Part shown: in pieces, positions 58,436 to 64,000 of the stretch
Numbering within the stretch: the first letter of the stretch is position 1
Layout: every line of letters begins with the position of its first letter
DNA from: Turneriella sp.
GTDB lineage: Bacteria; Spirochaetota; Leptospiria; Turneriellales; Turneriellaceae
Assembly (NCBI GenBank): GCA_965279515.1
Contig: CBDIID010000003.1
Location: forward strand, 4,640,001-4,704,000
Reading direction: 5' to 3'
DNA length: 64,000 nt
Program-made: the position numbers and the translations under genes
Notes under the pieces: generated by a model
What the model saw: the letters and a program-made list of their open reading frames with translations, nothing else
Databases searched by the model: none
What the model was told of the DNA's origin: nothing

Positions 58436-60660
58436 GCGCTCCGGTTCAACCCAATCTCCGGGTTTTGATTATTGAAGATTCTGCGGCAGATGCCGCCCTG
58501 GTGGAAAGGGAAATTCAAAACCAGGGATACAAGCTTGTTTCCAGGCGCGTGGAAAACGAGGCTGAGCTCAGGTCGGCGCTGGCTGCCCCCTGGGATATTG
58601 TGTTGTCCGACTTCCGCCTGCCGCAACTCAATGCGATATTTGCGCTGCAAATCCTGAAAGAGCTGGAGTGCAATATTCCTTTCATTGTGGTTTCGCAGGC
58701 GATCGGCGAAGATATGGCCGTTGAGCTGATGCGGTCGGGGGCCTCCGATTACATTATGAAGGCGTCGCTAAAACGTCTGACTCCGGCTATTGAGCGCGAG
58801 CTGCGAGAAGCCGGCCGCCGGAGCGCCGCCGCCAGGGAGCTGCGTGATCACGAGAACTTTCTCGAGTCGGTGATCCATAACCAGCTGAATGGCGTGGTTG
58901 TGGTCAATCACCGCGGCGAGATAACGCTTACCAATGAAAGCGCTGAACAGATTCTGCAGATGCGGAAGGACCCCGCCACCGGGGCGATTATCGATGAGAC
59001 GGCGATGTGTACTTTCATCGATATGGAAAATGAACCTCTCGAGGCGGATAACCTGCCGGTGGCACTCGCTTTGCGCACGGGGAAAAAAGTTTCTGCAATG
59101 CAATATGGGGTGGTTTTTCCGCGCGGCAATCTGAAATGGTTATCCGTTTCTGCCTCGCCGATTACCGACGAAAACGGCAATCTGATCAATGTTGTCTACA
59201 GCTGCCTTGAGATCACCGAAATTATCGAAACGCAGAAAAGAAACCGTTTTCAGCTGCAGCAACTGAAGTTACAGGATGAAGCCATCAATAATTCGATGAA
59301 CGGAGTGATCATCGTCAACGCAAAACTTGCAGATATGCCGGTTGTGTATGTGAACAAGGCTTTTACCCGGATTACCGGGTACGAGGCGCATGAGGTTCTG
59401 GGACGTAATTACAAGTCCCTGCAAAGTGCGGGGGCGGACCAACCTGGACTCTCATCGATGTATACCAAGCTGCAAAACGGTGAAGGTGGCGAATATCTGG
59501 TACGCAATCATAAAAAAGACGGTACGATGTTCTATGCCCGGGTCAACACTGCAGTCGTGCGCAACGAAGCGGGGGAGATCGGTCACTTTGTTGCAATACA
59601 GAACGACGTCACGGAGCGAATCCTGATTGAGAAACAGCTGGAGATCGGCTGGGAGCGGATGCAGCTGGCGCTGCGCGGGGCGCAGCTGGGCATGATCGAT
59701 GTCGACTACGAAACCAGGGAAACGTATTATAGTTCGCGTTTCGCTGAAATCATAGGTTATACCCCGGCTGAATTACAGGCATCGATCGTTAGCTGGCGTG
59801 ATTTGATCCATCCCGATGAACTGGCTCAAACCGACCAGTTAGCCAATGATCTCATTGCCGGCAAAACCGAGCAGCTCGAAACCGAGGTCCGCTTTCGGCA
59901 TAAAGACGGACACTGGGTCTGGGTGCTTATCCGTGCAAAGGTTGTCGAACGTTCAGCCCAGGGCGTCGCGAAACGCGCTATCGGCACCGTGCTGGATATC
60001 AGCCAGCGTAAAGCCCAGGAAGAGAGAATTCTGGAACTGACGCAGAGCCTGATGCAGATTGCCGAGGCCGAACGCTCTGAGATTTCCGGGGAACTGCACG
60101 ACGTGGTCGGCCAAAGCCTGGTGTTATTGAAACTGAATGTCGTAAAATTTCTTCAGGCCGCGGGGATGCGCGACGAAACCAACGAGAATATGCTCGTTCA
60201 ACCCATCGCCGACACCTTGCAAAAAGTGCGCGAGATTTCGCGCCGGCTGACACCAAGCCACATGCAAAAAGTCGGCCTGGGGTTAGCGATTGAAGATATG
60301 CTCCAGGGGGTAGCGCGCCTTTCAGGCATAAAGATTTCCTGGAACCTCAATGCTCTCGAAGGCTTTTTTCCTTCGGACTGGAATATCCAGGTTTTTCGCG
60401 TCGTCCAGGAAGCGGTTACGAATGCACTCAAACATGCGGAGGCCACACAGATCAATGTGACGACGCAACGCCTCGAAGAAAATCTGGAAATCGTGATCGC
60501 AGACAACGGACGAGGCTTTTCCGGTTCGGCAGAGACGCCGGGGTTGGGGTTTTCGATTATGCGTGAAAGGGTTCGTGGCCTGCGCGGCCATATTTTCTGG
60601 GCGCCGGCTCAACCGGGCACCTCTGTTCATGTTGTGCTGCCAGCAACACCCATTCCTTAG
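58432..60660 (+). CDS. REC-PAS(x3)-HisKA_3 (NarX-type) histidine kinase
   Basis: IEDS REC; ELHDVVGQSL, QEAVTNALKH, DNGRGF, MRERV. Confidence 0.93.
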   Translation: MSAPVQPNLRVLIIEDSAADAALVEREIQNQGYKLVSRRVENEAELRSALAAPWDIVLSDFRLPQLNAIFALQILKELECNIPFIVVSQAIGEDMAVELMRSGASDYIMKASLKRLTPAIERELREAGRRSAAARELRDHENFLESVIHNQLNGVVVVNHRGEITLTNESAEQILQMRKDPATGAIIDETAMCTFIDMENEPLEADNLPVALALRTGKKVSAMQYGVVFPRGNLKWLSVSASPITDENGNLINVVYSCLEITEIIETQKRNRFQLQQLKLQDEAINNSMNGVIIVNAKLADMPVVYVNKAFTRITGYEAHEVLGRNYKSLQSAGADQPGLSSMYTKLQNGEGGEYLVRNHKKDGTMFYARVNTAVVRNEAGEIGHFVAIQNDVTERILIEKQLEIGWERMQLALRGAQLGMIDVDYETRETYYSSRFAEIIGYTPAELQASIVSWRDLIHPDELAQTDQLANDLIAGKTEQLETEVRFRHKDGHWVWVLIRAKVVERSAQGVAKRAIGTVLDISQRKAQEERILELTQSLMQIAEAERSEISGELHDVVGQSLVLLKLNVVKFLQAAGMRDETNENMLVQPIADTLQKVREISRRLTPSHMQKVGLGLAIEDMLQGVARLSGIKISWNLNALEGFFPSDWNIQVFRVVQEAVTNALKHAEATQINVTTQRLEENLEIVIADNGRGFSGSAETPGLGFSIMRERVRGLRGHIFWAPAQPGTSVHVVLPATPIP

Positions 60661-60724
60661 GTAGTTCTACCTAAGTCATGCCGTAAGCCCCTTGATTGAC
60701 ATCCGGCAATTTTCATGCTAAACC
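60658..60724 (+). promoter_or_regulatory. Perfect palindromic box + sigma70 promoter for cheY-narL-like genes
   Basis: CTTAGGTAG-tt-CTACCTAAG palindrome, 22 bp from the 16-nt core to TTGACA-17-TAAACC. Confidence 0.75.
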
Positions 60725-60750
60725 AGCTCATCAATTTGAGCGGAGGCTTT

Positions 60751-61107
60751 ATGCAAACAATACTAGCGGTGGATGATTCAGAGACAATGCGACAGATGGT
60801 TAAAATGACCTTACAGGCAGGTAATTACCAGGTGGTTCTGGCGTCAGATGGCGAAGAGGGTTTGAGCAAATTCCTGAACAGCACGGGTGTAGACCTGGTG
60901 ATCACGGATATCAACATGCCGAAACTCGACGGCATCGGCCTTATCAAGGAAATTCGCGCGCGAAACGCAACGGTGCCCATTCTGGCGCTGACGACAGAAT
61001 CGGAAGACACGATGCGCAAAAAAGGTGCAGAAGCGGGTGCCAACGGATGGATGGTAAAACCTTTCAAGCCGGCGCAGTTCATCGATATCGTGCGGCAGAT
61101 ATTATAA
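60751..61107 (+). CDS. cheY: CheY-like single-domain response regulator
   Basis: AVDDS, TDINMP, LTTES, GWMVKPF; GGAGG SD. Confidence 0.9.
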   Translation: MQTILAVDDSETMRQMVKMTLQAGNYQVVLASDGEEGLSKFLNSTGVDLVITDINMPKLDGIGLIKEIRARNATVPILALTTESEDTMRKKGAEAGANGWMVKPFKPAQFIDIVRQIL

Positions 61108-61168
61108 AAGTTTTTCGGCGAAAACATTGACGCGGTGGAACCGCGTCGCAGGATCTGGCAGGTAAAAG

Positions 61169-61831
61169 GTGCATACTGAACAAGCAAAACCGATAAAAGA
61201 ATACCGCATTATTCTCGCCGATGACCACCCGATTTTACGCTCGGGTGTCAAGGTGCTGATCGAAAGCAAATCCGGCTACAAGGTCGTGGGAGAGGTTTCC
61301 AATGGCCAGGATTTGCTCGATCTCGTGGCAAAGACTCCCTGCGATATGGTCATCCTTGATCTTAATATGCCGCTCATGAATGGTATCGAGGCGCTCGAAT
61401 ACCTGCAGATACATTATACAGCGATCAGCACGCTGGTTCTCACGACGCATAAAGAAAAACCCTTTCTGAAACGTTCATTGTCGAAAGGCGCCAAGGGCTA
61501 TCTCCTGAAAGAAGAGACCCATGATAAGCTTCTGTCTGCGATTCAGGATATCCGGCAGGGGAAAAAGGTTATCTCATCAGAGATGACCAGCCTCATTGTC
61601 GAAGATTTTTCCACCGATCTTTCGAGCCCGCTGACCGCAGATCTGCTGACGCAGCGCGAGAAAGAAATTCTCAATCTCACCGCAAACGGCCTCACGAGTA
61701 AGGAAATCGGCGAACGCCTCGATATCAGCTCCCGCACCGTTGAGGCGCACCGCGCCAATATACGCGAAAAACTCGGCGTTACCACACAGAGCGAACTAAT
61801 CAAGTATGCCATGGATCACAATTTAATGTGA
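61169..61831 (+). CDS. NarL/LuxR-family response regulator
   Basis: ADDHP, LDLNMP, LTQREKEIL...G.TSKEIGERL.IS.RTVEAHR. Confidence 0.94.
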   Translation: MHTEQAKPIKEYRIILADDHPILRSGVKVLIESKSGYKVVGEVSNGQDLLDLVAKTPCDMVILDLNMPLMNGIEALEYLQIHYTAISTLVLTTHKEKPFLKRSLSKGAKGYLLKEETHDKLLSAIQDIRQGKKVISSEMTSLIVEDFSTDLSSPLTADLLTQREKEILNLTANGLTSKEIGERLDISSRTVEAHRANIREKLGVTTQSELIKYAMDHNLM

Positions 61832-61839
61832 TATTTCCC

Positions 61840-61905
61840 TCAGTAACTCTACCTAATCCAGTCCGCCAACAGCCGGATTGACTTTCCGGCGGAATCGGTT
61901 ATATT
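61840..61905 (+). promoter_or_regulatory. Box + sigma70 promoter for the second cheY
   Basis: TCAGTAA-ct-CTACCTA, 22 bp, TTGACT-16-TATATT. Confidence 0.7.
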
Positions 61906-61914
61906 CTCCGCACG

Positions 61915-62271
61915 ATGGCAAATATTCTTGCAGTAGATGACTCAGAACCGATGCGTCAGATTGTCGAGCAGACACTGACGATGGGTGGGCACCAGGTGAT
62001 TCTGGCAGCCGACGGCGAAGAAGGGCTCGCCCAATTTGCCCCGGGTAAATTTGATCTCGTGATAACCGATATCAACATGCCCGTAATGGACGGGTTTGGG
62101 CTGGTGCGCGGTATCCGCGCGCTCGATGCCAAGGTACCGATTCTCGCGCTGACGACTGAAAACGAAGATGTGAAAAAACGCAGCGGCGAGGCGGCGGGTG
62201 TCGACGGCTGGATTGTAAAACCCTTCAAACCTGCCCAGTTTCTCGCCATCATCAAGCAGGTACTCACATGA
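61915..62271 (+). CDS. cheY: Second CheY-like response regulator
   Basis: Paralog of 60751: AVDDS, TDINMP, LTTE, GWIVKPF. Confidence 0.9.
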   Translation: MANILAVDDSEPMRQIVEQTLTMGGHQVILAADGEEGLAQFAPGKFDLVITDINMPVMDGFGLVRGIRALDAKVPILALTTENEDVKKRSGEAAGVDGWIVKPFKPAQFLAIIKQVLT

Positions 62272-63146
62272 TTCCGCAAACGACCATCGTTGACAAAAAC
62301 GAATCAGAAAACAGCGAACTGGGACAGGGCCTGAAACGGCATGAAAGCCATGAAAAAAATATGCGCGTGCATTTTGCCAGGGCTTTGCTCAGGAACATCC
62401 TGCACTCCGCTTCACAGGGCCTTGGCATCGGCGCGGTGCTGACCTATGTTGAAATGCTGCAGATGGGCGCTGCACGGCAAAAAGACCGTGTCGAGGTTGA
62501 CGCGGGCATTTACGATGCATTGGTCGAAAACGCAACAGCCGGGCGCCAGTGGCTTTCCGCATTTGGTAATATTCTCGAGGCCTTTGAAAAAGAATATCTT
62601 TGCGAAAATGTCGCAGCCGATGCTCTCGGCCGTGACTTTAACGAAGTGATCGCCGTCGCTGAAAAATTCCGGGCGATCAAGAATCAAAGACTCATGACCG
62701 ATCCCGTGAGTTTTTCGGGAAAAATCCGAATCAACCGTGAAGGTTTTCGCGAGATCATGGACGAGCTGCTGCTCAACGCCTTCAAGTATTCCCCGGCTGC
62801 GTCGAAGATCCGCATTCTGTGCTGCAGCACAGAGAAACTGGTATCATTTATGGTCGTAAACGAAATCGAAGCAATGCGCGGCGGCGTTACCGGGCTGCCT
62901 GCCGAATACCAGAAAAAGGTATTCGAACCTTTTTTCCGCCTGAACAATACCTGGGATGACCGTTTCAGGGACCAGCGTTTTGGCCTCGGCATCGGCCTTA
63001 CCCTCGCGGAAAATGTGGCGAATGCCTGCGGCGGCCGTCTCTATACCTATGAAATAGAGCTGCCCGATTCGGGCAAGGATGCTTCGCCGCATATGGTAAA
63101 GCGCGTTGTATCGGAGCTGGTACTCGAAAAGGTTCAAGGGTTATAA
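62268..63146 (+). CDS. Sensorless histidine-kinase-like ATPase with atypical DHp
   Basis: ELLLNAFKYS, VFEPFFR and GLGIGL; no canonical H-box. Confidence 0.8.
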   Translation: MIPQTTIVDKNESENSELGQGLKRHESHEKNMRVHFARALLRNILHSASQGLGIGAVLTYVEMLQMGAARQKDRVEVDAGIYDALVENATAGRQWLSAFGNILEAFEKEYLCENVAADALGRDFNEVIAVAEKFRAIKNQRLMTDPVSFSGKIRINREGFREIMDELLLNAFKYSPAASKIRILCCSTEKLVSFMVVNEIEAMRGGVTGLPAEYQKKVFEPFFRLNNTWDDRFRDQRFGLGIGLTLAENVANACGGRLYTYEIELPDSGKDASPHMVKRVVSELVLEKVQGL

Positions 63147-63202
63147 GGCACCGGCTTAGTATTTGACGGGGGAAAACAACGAGCGGTTCTGGCGGCGTCT
63201 CC

Positions 63203-64000
63203 ATGAAGAAGACCGCTCCCGACCGTTTCAAAAAAAATAAATCCCGTCAGAGCGCAGAGATATCCCCGCAGGCGGCTCAGCCGGCGGGGGAGACAAGAAA
63301 ACCCTTCCTCTCCGCGTGGGCCAGTCGCGGTAAACAGACCGTCAAAATGGCGGGGCCGGCCATAGGCCGTGTCGCCAAAAGCCAGCAAAGAATTCTCGCA
63401 TGGCTGAAGAAAAAACGCAACGAGCGTCTCACGCTCATGTTTATCCCGCACAACGAACTTAAAATCCGTAATTACCATGTCAGTAACCTGACGCTCATCA
63501 TCATTACCTCGGTTTTGGGACTCGTGCTGCTCGTCAGCGCCTTCCTCGTGATACGCCACAACAGCACAATTCAGGAAGTCGATAAACTGCGCGTTTCACA
63601 CAAAGACGCCGAGGTGCAGTTTGCCAAGGTCCGGCAAGAGATTATCGACCTCAGCAAGTCATACGAAGATATTCGCCAGAATCTTTCTTCCCTGCAGTCG
63701 CTCTCCAAGGGCTCGAACGAAAAAAACGGCGGTAAAAGCCCCGAAGATAATTTTGCCGCGCAGCTCGCTGAGCTACAGCAGAAAACCAGCCAGAATAAAG
63801 ATCCCGAGAAGATTCCGCTCGAAATATTCCTCATGAACCGCATGCTGCACGATATGGAAATTTCGCGCGGCTCGCTCGGGCAGGTACAGGAATATCTCAA
63901 GAAGCGCGAGCGCGTCCTGAAAAACACACCCACGATCTGGCCGTCGCAGGGTTATATCATCAATCCCTTTGGCCTCGTGCGCATGGCGCATCGCCTCAAT
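63203..64000 (+). CDS. M23-family peptidase, truncated by the window end
   Basis: Open frame I translated by hand: LTLMFIPH, TM helix, coiled coil, TPTIWPSQGYIINPFG (typical start of an M23 domain). Confidence 0.75.
   Translation, partial: MKKTAPDRFKKNKSRQSAEISPQAAQPAGETRKPFLSAWASRGKQTVKMAGPAIGRVAKSQQRILAWLKKKRNERLTLMFIPHNELKIRNYHVSNLTLIIITSVLGLVLLVSAFLVIRHNSTIQEVDKLRVSHKDAEVQFAKVRQEIIDLSKSYEDIRQNLSSLQSLSKGSNEKNGGKSPEDNFAAQLAELQQKTSQNKDPEKIPLEIFLMNRMLHDMEISRGSLGQVQEYLKKRERVLKNTPTIWPSQGYIINPFGLVRMAHRLN

Noticed and set aside
61129..61147. Intrinsic terminator between cheY1 and the NarL-type gene
   Set aside because: The GACGCGG/CCGCGTC stem exists but has no U-tract on the coding strand; function cannot be supported

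Overview
Ordinary gene-dense bacterial chromosome of moderately high GC. Spirochaete-type lipoprotein signals and the kinds of hypothetical genes suggest a Leptospiraceae member such as Turneriella (inference, no search run). From left to right: a sigma54-driven nitrogen cluster (amt-glnK-amt-glnK-glnK); an envelope/cofactor run (ankyrin protein, PBP1A, YihY with a propeller insert, folK-panB fusion); a candidate structured ncRNA before a RapA/SNF2 ATPase; argD-aroB-aroQ; a hybrid kinase; exbBD; birA; lpxC; vapBC; a P450 with a membrane polyferredoxin; lspA-purA-pgsA; and a ~15 kb signalling region (HD-GYP regulator, STAS-cheA-cheW-aer-cheB-cheR, two multi-PAS kinases, two CheY, a NarL-type regulator and an atypical kinase). 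Three observations stand out. (1) Four promoters in the signalling region share a 7-2-7 inverted-repeat box placed exactly 22 bp upstream of a TTGA(C/A)N -35, which suggests a self-contained transcriptional feedback regulon. (2) A 56-nt-period chain of two ATGA-coupled 19-aa mini-ORFs with alternative hairpins leads into pgsA. (3) A possible 6S-like RNA lies directly upstream of the RapA-like gene. No tRNA, rRNA, CRISPR array, transposase or integrase was seen.
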